Origin: Macrostomum hystrix
Taxonomy: Eukaryota > Animalia > Platyhelminthes
Direction: 5' to 3'
Length of the DNA stretch: 64,000 nt
NCBI GenBank assembly: GCA_950097015.1
Contig: CATNEN010000038.1
Coordinates: forward strand, 8,742,001 to 8,806,000
The position numbers and the translations under genes are program-made. Below, one piece after another: positions 1 to 13,207 of this stretch (positions are counted from its first letter, which is position 1; each line of letters opens with the position of its first letter). The notes under the pieces were generated by a model. The model was not told the origin of the DNA and did no database searches. It saw only the letters and a list, made by a program, of their open reading frames with translations.

Positions 1-216
1 TCATTTTAAATGCAGTGTAATATGGAAATCCCGTTAAATATTGATTTAATTAATAAATCACAAACATTCTACTTCTTAATTTCATTTCGCCTCTTCAATC
101 CTCGTTACCTTAAGTTTCTTTTGTAATCACTTTTCCATAAAAGAAAGAAAACTTGGGTCCAGTAAAAAGATCTGCACTCTATTAATAAACAAAATAATAA
201 TAATATTGAAACCTAC

Positions 217-3029
217 CACGAGCATTTAGGAATGGATGCTGCAGAAGCTGCACAGCAGTCTTTCTCTCGCATCTATGCTTAGCTGTGCAACTGGCGTAGA
301 AATCCTTCAAGACATCGAGACAGTCATCTGGCAGCCTCGGCGCCCCCAGTTTGTTCACCCTCCGAACAATGGCCAGCATGTTCTTGCAGTCTCCGTGAGG
401 CCGGTTGCCCGTCAGCATCTGGTAGATCACGCAGCCGAAGGCCCAGATGTCGGAGGCGCAGCTGTAGGGAGTGTCCTCTGTCTCTTCCGACAGAAACAGC
501 TCCGGTGCCATGAACCAAGGGTCACCCTTTGGATTTCCCGTTATGTGGTCAGTAGCCGACTCAACCAGTTGGACGGCCAGTCCGAAGTCAATCAGCTTTA
601 CCACCCTGTCCTCAGACACCATGATTGTGCGGCAGTTGATGTCCCGATGAACAATGGCCCTTGGCTTCAGAGTGTGCAGGTACTGCATAGCACGGCAGAT
701 CTGCAATGCATAAGAAGCCCTGGTTTGTCTATGATGCCGCATATTTCTACGAGTTAGGATTACCGATCCAAGGAATTACCGATCCAATGAATTACCGATC
801 CAAGGAATTACCGATCCAATGAATTACCGATCTTAGGAATTACCGATCCAATGAATTACCGATTCAATTAATTACCGATCCAAGGAATTACCGATTCAAT
901 GAATTACCGATCCAAGGAATTACCGATCCAATGAATTACCGATCCAAGGAATTACCGATTCAATGAATTACCGATCCAAGGAATTACCGATCCAATGAAT
1001 TACCGATTCAATTAATTACCGATCCAAGGAATTACCGATTCAATGAATTACCGATCCAAGGAATTACCGATCCAATGAATTACCGATCCAAGGAATTACC
1101 GATTCAATGAATTACCGATCCAAGGAATTACCGATCCAATGAATTACCGATTCAATTAATTACCGATCCAAGGAATTACCGATCCAATGAATTACCGATT
1201 CAATTAATTACCGATCCAAGGAATTACCGATCCAATGAATTACCGATTCAATTAATTACCGATCCAAGGAATTACCGATTCAATGAATTACCGATTCAAT
1301 TAATTACCGATCCAAGGAATTACCGATTCAAGGAATTACCGATCCAAGGAATTACCGATTCAATGAATTACCGATCCAAGGAATTACCGATCCAATGAAT
1401 TACCGATCCAAGGAATTATCGATCCAATGAATTACCGATCTTAGGAATTACCGATCCAATGAATTACCGATTCAATTAATTACCGATCCAAGGAATTACC
1501 GATTCAATGAATTACCGATCCAAGGAATTACCGATCCAATGAATTACCGATCCAAGGAATTACCGATTCAATGAATTACCGATCCAAGGAATTACCGATC
1601 CAATGAATTACCGATTCAATTAATTACCGATCCAAGGAATTACCGATTCAATGAATTACCGATCCAAGGAATTACCGATCCAATGAATTACCGATCCAAG
1701 GAATTACCGATTCAATGAATTACCGATCCAAGGAATTACCGATCCAATGAATTACCGATCCAAGGAATTACCGATCCAAGGAATTACCGATCCAATGAAT
1801 TACCGATTCAATTAATTACCGATCCAAGGAATTACCGATCCAATGAATTACCGATTCAATTAATTACCGATCCAAGGAATTACCGATTCAATGAATTACC
1901 GATTCAATTAATTACCGATCCAAGGAATTACCGATTCAATGAATTACCGATCCAAGGAATTACCGATCCAATGAATTACCGATCCAAGGAATTACCGAGT
2001 CAATGAATTACCGATCCAAGGAATTACCGATCCAATGAATTACCGATCCAATGAATTACCGATCCAAGGAATTACCGATCCAAGGAATTACAGATCCAAT
2101 GAATTACCGATCCAAGGAATTACCGATCCAAGGAATTACCGATCCAAGGAATTACCGATCCAAGGAATTACCGATCTTAGGAATTACCGATCCAAGGAAT
2201 TACCGATCCAATGAATTACCGATCCAAGGAATTACCGATCCAAGGAATTACCGATCCAAGGAATTATCGATCCAAGGAATTATCGATCCAACGAATTATC
2301 GATCCAAGGAATTATCGATCCAAGGAATTATCGATCTAAGGAATTATCGATCCAAGGAATTATCGATCCAAGGAATTACCGATCCAAGGAATTACTCATC
2401 TTAGGAATTACCGATCCAAGGAATTATCGATCTTAGGAATTACCGATCCAAGGAATTACCGATCTTAGGAATTACCGATCCAAGGAATTATCGATCCAAG
2501 GAATTATCGATCTAAGGAATTATTGATCCAAAGTAATTACCGATGGACCGAATTACCGATAGAAGAATTTTCAATAGAAAAACTTGAGACACATATTTCT
2601 ATACACGTAATCAAAGTCTTTGCATGGTATTAATTCCTAAAATTGATTACCTGTCTAGCTAAATGGGAAATTATCCCATAATCCATTTTTTGTTTGTTGA
2701 TAAACTTTTCCAGAGTCTCGCCGTCAATCTGCTCCATGGAGACAACAACTGTCGTGTTGTACATTTCCATGTTTAAAAAGCGAACAATGTTCTCGTGCTT
2801 CAGCCGGCACAGCTGCTTCTCATTTTTGAAGGCCCGCTCTAGCTTTTCGAAAACGTCGGGTCTGCTCTCGCCCAGCTGAATGGGCAACCGGATGGTCTTG
2901 GTCACGCATCGCTCCTTGGTGCCTTTGATCAGAGCTTCGTGCACGTCGCTATGCGAACCTCTGGCTATCAGGCCTAGCTTCTCCCACGATTGATAATACT
3001 GATCGGAAAGCAAAGATTCTTCTTCTAGG
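217..3029 (-). CDS. Ser/Thr kinase domain (STE/MAP3K-like), two exons 3029-2651 and 700-217; gene incomplete at both ends; paralog of the kinase domains at 34.5-37.7 kb
   Basis: Motifs IARGSHSDV, CVTKTI, HENIVRF, HRDINCRT, DFG, FMAPE, SDIWAFGC. Junctions: HLARQ|gtaatc ... ttgcag|ICRAM (phase 0); phase-1 donor g|gtaggt after HPFLNAR; phase-2 acceptor tttcag before 3029. Shares CKNMLAIV with both other kinases. Confidence 0.85.
757..2560. repeat. 16-bp minisatellite (GGAATTACCGATCCAA)n filling the kinase intron
   Basis: Directly visible, with higher-order variant blocks. Confidence 0.97.
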
Positions 3030-3224
3030 CTGAAATTTCAATAATGTATTGCAATGAAAATATTTATTAAAACAAATTAGGAACTAACTTCAATATGTAA
3101 TAAAATATTCGCTTTTGATTCATAAATGGTTATAAAAGATGCAGTCACAGTCACAGATACTCCACTTGATCTCCGTGCCATCCCTCTTCTGAGCTACTAT
3201 GCAGTAAATCCCAGACGGGTATTG

Positions 3225-3590
3225 TCTATGGGCCGAAGGAGCTGGTCTTGCGCACACACTTGGTCATAAATCAATGCACTTATGCTAGGCTTCCTAGTGC
3301 GTAAATAGTCTATGGCACTCGTGCGCTGCGCGCACTCGTGCAAAGACTATTTACGCACTCGGAAGCCTAGCATAAATCTACCATTGACATATAACCAAGT
3401 GTGCGTAAACGTCTCAAGCTCGTGTATAGTTTATGGCCCAAAGGCCATCAAAGAAATAGATTGAAGTGTGCAGTAAATTCCGCAACTGTGCGGTAAATGA
3501 CATGACATGAAATCAACCGCCATCCCAGCGCAGCGCACTCGTGCCAAGACTATTTACGCACTCGGAAGCCTAGCATAAATCTACCACTGT
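3225..3590. mobile_element. Palindromic foldback/MITE-like element with a duplicated arm
   Basis: ttatgctaggcttcctagtgcgtaaatagtct (~3280-3311) is inverted at ~3344-3376; the right arm recurs at ~3535-3588. Confidence 0.55.
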
Positions 3591-5590
3591 AAAACACCCA
3601 AACGGACTTTAGACTTTTTGTGCGACAGTCTAATTGTGCAATCGTATGTCAAGGTGCATTGAAGCTACATGTAGTAGCGTGCAGTAAATGGATGTCTATG
3701 TCGTATGTCTGTCTATCTTCATCAACACGCTTGGCCTTTTATTATAGACTCCTAAACAATTAGCATCTATTTTTATCAATGCTCATTATTTATTAGTCTA
3801 TGGGTCTACAGAGCGGGTGCTATTTGCCATAGACACTATCAATTACCAATCCGAATAGCGAAATTACCAATCCGCAACATCAGAGTCATATTATATTCCT
3901 TCATGGTGGCATATGGCACTGACTTAAAAATGAAAGCTTCACATCGTCAAAAAATTTAATAATGTCAAGATTGCCTAAAGTACGAGTATATTACACACAC
4001 AACCGATAAGTGCCGTGAGTTATTACAAAAAACGGCTTTCAATTCAGTTACTTACTTATCCATTGTGTGGCACAGAGGGACAGTGCAATTGAGGGCCGGT
4101 TTGCAGCTTCAGATTATTCAAGCCAGCTGCAAAATTTATTTTCTTTTCAAGCCGTCACCGTATAGCCAAAAGCGTTAAACAAAAGTCGCGACAGAAAATA
4201 ATATTTTCTTTCTACTTCTGTGCCTCCATTGTAGACCAGTCGGTCCGTCCATGCCTGTTTTGTGGGTGACAAATGTACAGTTATAGCTAAATGCCTGGCT
4301 CTATAGCAACTGCGCGCACTCAGGGCCATGGAGGTGGGGCGAGTGTACTGCACTGATATGCGTCAATGTACAGTTAGGATACAGGATTTAGCAGAATGAA
4401 CAAAATAGAAGAACTTAGCTGTTTTTTCTGACTGAACAACGAGTACCTTGTTCTCGCAACACTGCCCTCTCCTCTTCTACCAGAAGATTTTGTTCGTTAT
4501 GCGTCGCCCTCTGATACCTTGGTTTGTAAAGAATCAGCACAGTCATTATTTCTAACTCTGGGCACAGTTTCAGCACAATCAAATCATTTTCTTTGATTGA
4601 TGCAAATGAAAGATGCATTTTATTTTTCTGTTCGCCAATATCCTCGCCAAACTATGCTCTTTATAACTTGCGTTATAACCCTTTAACGTAAGTTTTATTT
4701 CCAAATCCAAATTAACCAGGCAGATTAAATAGACATAAATTTTCTTTTGTCGAAAGAATTACTCGATGACATATCAAGCGCCAAAGTTTTCACATTCTAG
4801 CTCTTGGATCTTTTTTATATAATCGCCAATTGATTTGCAGTTAAAAATGCTATTGATGTGATTGTCGTTTCCTCTTCATTATATTTTTTGCTTCTACAAC
4901 TTGCCATTTTATAAGATCGCTAGAATTCGACGAAGCTACCACAGTTCTACAATTGGACTAGTTTTTTTCCCTAAGTGCTCAGTTAATCCATGCATTTTAA
5001 CTAGTCGCAACTGCAAATTCCAGATGGACTATGACAGTCACAGTATGATTAGCCGATATGCATAGAAAAATTACTGTTAGCGTTGCAATGAAAATTTTGT
5101 AAATATTTATGAGGGTACCTCTACCTGAATGCCGCAGCTTTGTGGGATCCTGAATGAGAGTCAGAGAGTGAATTCGTCTATTTTTGTTGAGCAAACAGAT
5201 CTCTCTCTTCATTGGGCTGCGATGAAAAATGTAACAAAAGTGCTCAATTATTTTCTGTGTGCTAGTTGACGATAGTTCGACAGCAAATAATTTTTGTGCT
5301 GAAGCACTGGACTTAACTGGATTGACTCTTCTGAAAATATGAAACATTGGGATGGATGTAAAAGCCAAATACAGAAGAAGTAAGAGTATCTAGGTTCAAT
5401 TTTCGCTAGTGACTTTTGCCTCTTGTCTCGCTATTTCTACGAGTAATCATGGGAAAGTATACTTCTTATCTGAGCAAATGTTAGTTCTAATACACTCGTA
5501 TCAGGAATTAAACAAAGCTGCTTTGCTCAAAAAAGGCAAACAACAGGACATGGGAATCAATATTAGCAGAAAAAAACTTTTTTATTTCAG

Positions 5591-5880
5591 AACAGAGTAA
5601 CTTCGATTGCACGCTACTGAGAGGACGAGAAATATCCAGCGATCCATCTGTTAGTGTTCTCCTGTTTTTTCCGATGCCTATTTCGCTGGGGAAATCTCCA
5701 GTGATTTGTGGTGGTGCTGTTGAGAGGGCCCAAATGCTTCTCATTCTCAGTACGGCTCAGTTTTTTCACATGTTTGCTCGTTACGGTCAAAGTCTATCAC
5801 TCACTACTTTTCGGCGCAGTAGTCATGGGCCCAGACATTCAAATTCTTGTAGTTTATAAAGTTTACAAATTTCAATTTCG
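5591..5880 (+). pseudogene. Truncated GPCR pseudogene of the local family (TM1-TM2)
   Basis: WGNLQ*FVVVLLRGPKCFSFSVRLS matches WGNLSCLIVLLRRPKCFPFSVRLS; in-frame stop, frameshifts, no downstream TMs. Confidence 0.8.
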
Positions 5881-8080
5881 AACTACTTCTTTTACTGCGA
5901 TATTTGTACGCTGAGGGATGTCTGGAGAAATTAAGCGGTTTTGCTAGGCAAGAATGGCTTAAATGAAAAGGCACAAGACTCCATTTTCTTGCTCCTACAC
6001 GATCCTGTAATCAGCAAAACAGTCGTGCTTGTAATTGTAGCGTATTTGTATTGCTTTTTCGAAAAAGCAGCACTCTGTGCAAAAGCTTATTTGCATAAAT
6101 CTAAAATAACTCGCAGTGGAGGCAGCAGGTTGAGTTGATCAGCTTGCAGGTCAGACCGACGGCTGCTCAGACAGAAAGGATGCTTTGAGAAAAATTACAA
6201 TGCGAACAACTAGATTCCGGATTTAAACAAGTGAGAGCGAGTGGCAGCCTTAAATAAATAAAGTTATAAAACAAACACGTGCAAATTTACATTTTTCACG
6301 ACAGAAAATCGAGCTCGACTTGTCTATAACGATTTTTGGGATTATGAAGCGCACATCAACAGATGCTGATTTACTCGATATATAATGCGATTTTTTCCCC
6401 AAAATGTTTACAATTTGGTTTTATCGACCTGCAAATAATTCTAGAGCTTCGGTGATTTGCCGCCATCTTTTGCCAATAAGTACGAGTTCACTTCACATGT
6501 TTTAGAAACATACAATTATTATATTTTCTAAATTTTAACGTCAGAAGTAAACATCATTTTCAAATTCTACTTGACACCAACTGAGTAATCTGTTGTCAAA
6601 GGGAATCCTGGGTCTTCTGCAAGCTAACTTATGATTTCCTAGAAGAGGATAAACATATACGCATCAACTCTTGCTAAACTATTAGAATCTTGCTAAACTG
6701 CACAATATTCCTGCTAAACTGTGACATATTTAGATTCAGATTATATTGCCTTTTTGCTAATATTCTTATCAACAAACACGATTTGATTGTTGCTAGGCTG
6801 CTCTGATCTGTTATCACTAAGCTTAAATCTGTGAAACTTATTTGCTAATCTGCGATGAGTTCACCCCAAAGCTGCTACAATATATTTGATAGTTAGATAT
6901 GGATCACTATTAGATTATCTTGCGGCCATTATTGTAAAGTTTCTATGTAATTATTTTCACGAGGTTATAGTTTAGCAGTCGAATTTAGCAGAATGAGTAA
7001 ACACAATCGACACTTTATACTTAGAAATTATTTTTAGACCAAAACTGTGTTACACCAACATTTATTTACTTACATTATAGATTTTGATAACATTTTTTGT
7101 GTTTTAACTTTAACTTAATGACATTCGAACCTTCATAAATTCATGACATCCAGCTCCCCCAGGGGCATATAGTGCTAGTCAATTATGCAATACTAAAAAT
7201 AAAGATCTTGCTTGGTTGGCTTGCTTTTTTATTTTAACGGGCGGTACCATATCTATTCCAAACATAATTAATCGAGAAGTGAAGGTAACTTTCATGCTCT
7301 ATTTGACACCTACTGTATAATCTGTTCTTTCGTAAATTCGGATTTCTCGGTCTTCCGCAAGCTAAGTTATGATTTCCTAGAAAAGGAAAAGATACGCCTC
7401 AACTCAGGATTTATAGTGCATATTTTTGTCTTGTCTTGTTGCATGTTTCAAATGCTTTAGCTGGACCACTGGAGTTCATCATTAACCTGCGTCACTGTTG
7501 ATTTTTGACTTACAAGCTCGGTCAACGAGTCGGGGTCGGACCTCTTTTTCGAATGACGAGTTAAAAGCTCGTTAAGTCGACTCTAAAACGAGCTTTTTAA
7601 ACCAGTTTGCTGAGTCAAGTTTAAAAAGCAAACATTGGCTCTGAAGAGGCTTAAAATGCGAGTTAAAAGGGCTAGAATGCAAATGGGCAAAAAAGTTTTT
7701 TGCGAAATTTCTGGCATCTTCTGTTTACAATCCTGTGGCAATTTCTGTGGAAGATTCACAATAGGAGTAATTTTTAACGAACAAATAAAAGGCTGAGAGC
7801 TGTGTTGACTTGGACGTGCACGATCACGAAACAATGTTGTTAACTAACAACTAGTTATAAAAAGGCTTGTGATTTGTTGCTTATTAATTGCCTAAACCAC
7901 ACTGGAAGCCACGACGACATTGGTTGAGATCTGGTTGCCAATGGGCCAATCGCCCGATGGAGCGTTGCTTCATAAGTGGAACATTCATAAGCGTTGGACG
8001 CAGCAAGCAATCTTACTAAAGCAGTTATTTTGTTTAAAAGTGTGTTAACGAGTTTTGCGACCCAATAGAAAAGTTTTCAA

Positions 8081-10833
8081 ATGGTAAGTAAAATTTGAAT
8101 TTTAAAGCTTCTGTAACTTACTTGGGCTCAACTGCGCGTGACGCTAACAACTATACCTTTTTGCGATCTAGTTGGCCCACATGAAAAGCGTAGAGACGAA
8201 AATCTCTCTCCCAAGTTTTTCTCAGCTCAGATAAGGTTTTTCCATAGACAAAGTTGGCCTAACTGCGATCGATTTGGCCCAGGTCTCTATGTCAGTGCCA
8301 AATGAAGAGTTTCATGGCCCAGGAAGGTCCATACAGAAAAGTTTCCACACAGGATCGCCATCCGTTGATTCAACCATTTGAGACTGGGGATGACTGGCAG
8401 CATCTGGGTCGGCTGATGGGCATCGCTAGAAAAACAGTAAGAAACATCGTAGGAACGTTCGCAGCCACTGGTCGTACTGAACCTCTGCCTCGAGGAGGTG
8501 ACAAGCGCAAGTCGTTGACCGACGCCATGCTCGCCAGCATTTGCGCATACATTGTTGGCAATCTGACAGCGACTCTGCAGCAGATGAAGAGCCATCTCAT
8601 CCTACAGTTTCCAAATGCTCCAAATGTGGACCTCATGACCATAAGCCGCGCACTTGATGGCCGTCTAATCACCCACAAGCTGGTCAGGCAGGTGCCGCAG
8701 AATTGGAATGAAGAGGTCACGAAGGAGGCTCAAAGGATGCACATTGAGTGGCTGTAGGAGGACTGGAGCCAGAAGCATCTGCTGCACATGGACGAGTTCG
8801 GAGTGAACTTGTGGACCTCACGCACAAAGTCGAGGGGTCCATGGATGTCATCACCCAGCACAAGTGCATTCAGTGGTGCAACCACAACCAGACGTACTTT
8901 CAACGATGCTTACAGCGGGATGACATCTTTGCTTGACGGACTACTGACATGTATGCTGCAGACGAGTTCTTCAGTGCTGCCAGTGACACCCGCTTACAGC
9001 CGCCTTTGATGTTTGTTGCCATTTTTTGCGCTTGCTAAAATTTATATTGGTTAAAGTCTGCTCATCAGCATGAATTGGGTTCAATATTTACAGTCGGTAG
9101 GCAATGTTTATCGCTTCTTGCACTGTTTACTTAATGAATATCCCTCAGTACAATGCAACTAATTGCTAACTTTACTGCTGGCCAATTTGATCGCAGTTTG
9201 CGGCAGATTCTATGGTGAAATCTGGGCCACTCTGTGCTTTTTTGTCTATCCCAGGCTGGCCAAATCAATATGATATGGTATTGAATGGCAAAAGTAATTA
9301 GGCCAGTATGCCTAATTCTTGAATATTGATCGCCGCTAGATAACTACGCACGCAGTGCAATATTCTATGGCCTAAACGAGTCCCAGAATCACATCTCTCT
9401 TGCCATTTTATCAAACACTAAAACTTCGTCTATGGCCAATCTTTGATGAGCGGTACGCAATAAAAATTTGCAATAATCGTGACGCAATGATCAGGACATA
9501 GAATGATTAGTGCACTCAATATATGGCATTTTATGATTTTGAGACATAAAGCGTCGAGTGAAGTGTGTACAATGTTCGGTTTTTGCAGCATGAAAACTTT
9601 ATCTCATAGACGCTGCTTTGCCAAAGGGCCTGTCATTTCGATATTTATAGGACATAAATAATATTTTTAATATTGAAATCACACTGAAAGAGAATCAATA
9701 AGACAGTAAAATAAAATAAGCCACGAAGGTTTCTGAAGGTTATTTGTTTCTGAACAAATGCAATCATTCAGAATAACTCGACACTGAAAGCGACAGCCTC
9801 GAGAATCGCCGGCTTTGAGGCATTCTACCGGCTGGTGTTCTCCTGGTTGTTTCCTGCACTCATGGCTTTCGGATCCTGGGGAAATTTCTCCTGCCTGCTG
9901 GTGCTGCTGAGACGACCAGAGTGCTTCCCGTACTCGGTCAGGCTCAGCATGCTCACCTGCTGCATCGTGGACTTCCTGCTCGTGGCAGTGAAGTCCATCA
10001 CGCACTACCTATCGCCGGTCATCATGGGGACAATCCTGAAAGTTTTCGACTACAGGAGAGACTCGAATTTCCCCGTGTGCATTGTCTACTATTTAATCAC
10101 GTTCTGGCTGCTGCATGGAAGTCCGTTCATCCGACTGGGTCTGTGCTTCCACTCTCTAGTTGTGACGCTGGCCCCTCTAAAGCAGGCTAGGCTGCTCCGA
10201 GTGCGAAACGTGACACTCTACCAGCTCAGCTTACTCCTGCTCAGCTTCGTGCCCTGCATCAGGATTTTCAGCTCCTACTGGATTACAAAGAAGAACAGGT
10301 GCGACTTCTATGATGATTGGATTGAGGTATTCTACAGAATATTCACGGTGTTTGTTTGCAGACTGGTTGTAGTCAGCTGCCTGCTGGTGACCCTGCTGGT
10401 CATACTGCTCACGGTGAGACGCACCAGGAAGAGCATACGAGGCTCAGTCATGTCCACCGGTGGATCTCGAGCTGCACGGCCCCAGACACGAACTGTGACC
10501 AGCATCTTCATCTCGACCAGCGCCATCTTCTTTGTGTGCGAGATGCCTTACAGTGTGCTGAGAGCTCTTGTGAACCTTGAACTCGTCAGGGACAGCAGCG
10601 AGTTGGATGAAATCACCAGGCTGTTGAACGGTGTGATGTACATCAATCCCGCCTTGAACTGGCTGCCATATCTGATTGGACGGAAATTCCGTCAGGAGTA
10701 CCTCAAGATGTACTGCTGTGTGTGCTGCCGACTCAATGGTGACTCCAACCGACAGAGCTCTAACGACATTTCCATGACAATCCGTTCTACTCAGCAGAGA
10801 TTCTCCAGCGTTGCATCCGTGCCTGCAGTTTAA
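8081..10833 (+). CDS. Rhodopsin-type 7TM GPCR copy A (ATG exon 8081-8083 + exon 9772-10833)
   Basis: 7 hydrophobic segments, GN in TM1, FFVCEMP in TM6, NPALNWLPY, GRKFR helix 8. ATG|gtaagt ... ttcag|AAT AAC TCG gives MNNST in frame. Confidence 0.88.
8302..9009 (+). mobile_element. Degenerate Tc1/IS630-like transposase in the predicted first intron of GPCR A
   Basis: HTH region (GIARKTVRNIV, PRGG, ATLQQM, TISRAL), then a stop codon, then the first catalytic Asp region HMDEFGVNL; rest missing. Confidence 0.75.
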
Positions 10834-11544
10834 AGACAGTTTTCGTTTACTTTGTGAATCTGCGGCAAGATTTCACTGTGAACGGATGAACCATACATGC
10901 ATGCTTATACCTCTTGTAGCTTTTAAAACGAGTACATCTCTATCATCTTTGTGTTCTGAACTGATCCGATTAGCAATGGTATATATACTGCTCCTGTTTC
11001 TTTATTAAACTTATTGATTTAGAATGTGAATCTAGTTTTGAAATCTCTGGCCCTCTGAGTTATCGACACTTTCAAATTACAAAATTTCAGTAAATATTAG
11101 CCGAGGTGGATCTAACTGACGCAATCACACATTCATACATATTACGGGTCTACTACAGAACCAATATTTTCGTTGTAACCTGTACTTGTGTGCTGTTTTA
11201 TGCTTCTATTTCTTGTATTGTCTATAATTTACAACTTTAAATTTTCTAAATTTCTTTTAAGTAGATACAGTAAAGATTATATTATATTATTTAAAACAAA
11301 AATTCTGTTCTCTTCAAGCGAAAAATGTTTCCGTTAATGAAGTGAGCTTAGAGTTCGCAGCTGATTCTGATCCTCCTGCCTATTTATCGCCATGCATTAC
11401 TTTTCAGATTCATGAAAAGGAGCGAATTCTTCTTCTCACATTCAATTATATACTGATTTAAATAAAAAACATACCCTATAATTAATAAATATACTCAACA
11501 AAGCCACGTTTCGTACGAGCCTACAATAGGTTTTTTTCTTATTA

Positions 11545-12104
11545 CGAGGGTCACTCAGAAAGTCTTTAGCCTGAGTATGATCCACGAGACGCAGAAGCAT
11601 GAAATTTGTCTATGGTAAAGACCACCTTTTAAAAGTCTTATAGCTAAATTTTCAAACAGAGGCAGTTACTTTTGAGTCCACTGCAGTGAGCCAAAGTCGC
11701 CCAAGGTGCGGAATGCGTGGGGTGCTTCTGCACCACGACAATGCCAGTGCGCACACGGCAGCTCAAACTCTCGAGTTTCTGGCCGACTGTGGTGTCCAGC
11801 TGATGACTCACCCTGCGTACATGCAGTCCAGACCTGGCACCGTGCGACTTTTTTTTATTCCCGAAGTGCAAGGAGATATTAAAGGGCCAGATTTTTTCTT
11901 CGCCGGAAGAAGCTGTGAATGAGTTCAAAGACGTCATCGGGGAGCTCCGGGATGAGGTTTGGCGGCAGTGCTTCGACAGCTGGTTCCACAGGATGCAAGC
12001 CTGTATCAATGCGGGGGGAGAGTACTTTGAGCAGTTGTAATGGTTTTTTAGTTCATATGTTGCTGTTTTCTTGTTCAGTCTAAAGACTTTCTGAGTGACC
12101 CTCG
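11545..12104 (+). mobile_element. Internally deleted mariner element with TIRs and TA target duplication
   Basis: TA|cgagggtcactcagaaagtctttag ... ctaaagactttctgagtgaccctcg|TA; LLHHDNASAH and a frameshifted HPAY-SPDLAPCDF motif. Confidence 0.93.
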
Positions 12105-12507
12105 TATGAGTTCATTTTGTATTAACAAACTTCAGAAGACTGAGCACTGGGGACTCAGCAAGTCGGGTGGCGCTTGATCACCAGGTTAACGAAGTCGACT
12201 CACGACGGTACATGACAAACTGCCGTGACAGGCTGCTTAATGGCTGGAAATGTCGTAAAGATTTTTAAGCTTTGAAGCTTGTAACTAAAGCAGGATATTT
12301 ACTACGAGTAAACACACAACCTTACAATACCGCATAGACAGAAATTTCGTAACAAAAAGCTCAGCAAAGAAACGAAAATTTCAAGCACTTCAGTCTCTCA
12401 CCATTCTCTCAATTATATCACTACGAGTTAGAATTCATTTAGAAAACAATATTTTCTTGGTGTATCCTTAATCGGAGTCTGAACGTTTGACACGTTTAAG
12501 GGTTTAA

Positions 12508-12805
12508 GGAGGTTTTAGCCTAGTGGTTAGAGCGTTGGACTCACGACTTGAAGGTCAGGGGTTCGCTTTGCGACTGCACTGGAAAAAGTATGTTCTTTAG
12601 CACAGGACTCTTAACTCTGCATTGCTTCAGTTCACCCAGCTGTTAAATGGGTTCGAACATCAGCTGGGTAATTGAGGATTTGGTGTGGCGTCCCTCCCAG
12701 TCCATGGACTGAACAGCTGTACGTAGCCTTCAGATGCGCCGCGCAATAGCTGCGGCTGTGCTATCGGCTGCACATCTGGCCCAATTAAGGTAGGTGTGCT
12801 CATTT
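12508..12805 (+). mobile_element. tRNA-derived SINE family 1 with CORE-like central domain
   Basis: A box tagcctagtggttag, B box ggttcg, then ttaactctgcattgcttcagttcacccagctgttaaatggg; several copies in the window. Confidence 0.8.
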
Positions 12806-12944
12806 TTTATAATTATTTTTAATTTATCAATATAAAAAATGGGCTATCAATGTGCGTAGAAACTCAGGGTCGGGGTTCGATTCCCGACTGTACTGAAATA
12901 GTCTGTGCCCTTCAGCAAGGCACTAAACTTTACATAGCTTGATT

Positions 12945-13207
12945 TCAAAACAACAACAGCAACAGCAACAGCAAAATGCGCTGTCAAGATGGTTATAAAA
13001 GGCAGCGTCACAGGGCGCGCTTGAGAGCCTGGGTGCGAACAAGGGTTGCACCGCCGGGTGCGGGGCGCCCGCGTCAGCCAGCAGGCAATGGACGAAACGC
13101 CGAGTTCGGGCCTGGCCGCGCCGGTAGGGTGGCAGCAGCGTGAGCAGCAGCACCTCCCGCACCGGCTGTGGGCAGTAGGACTCGGCGCGGACGACGTGGT
13201 GTGGCAT
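12945..13207 (-). mobile_element. 5'-truncated RTE-like LINE 3' end, inserted in a family-1 SINE (halves at ~12860-12930 and ~13210-13240)
   Basis: HVVRAESYCPQPVREVLL..RRG....FVHCL..DAG resembles RTE ORF C-termini; (TTG/CTG)n tail; SINE halves on both sides. Confidence 0.55.

Noticed and set aside
2051-2404. Repetitive 117-aa ORF
   Set aside because: Translation of the 16-bp intronic satellite
757-2560. CRISPR-like array
   Set aside because: No unique spacers and eukaryotic context; the same holds for all other arrays here
6567-7405. Diverged ~100-bp direct repeats at ~6567 and ~7300 as possible LTRs
   Set aside because: Too short and degenerate; no TG..CA ends, primer-binding site or internal coding
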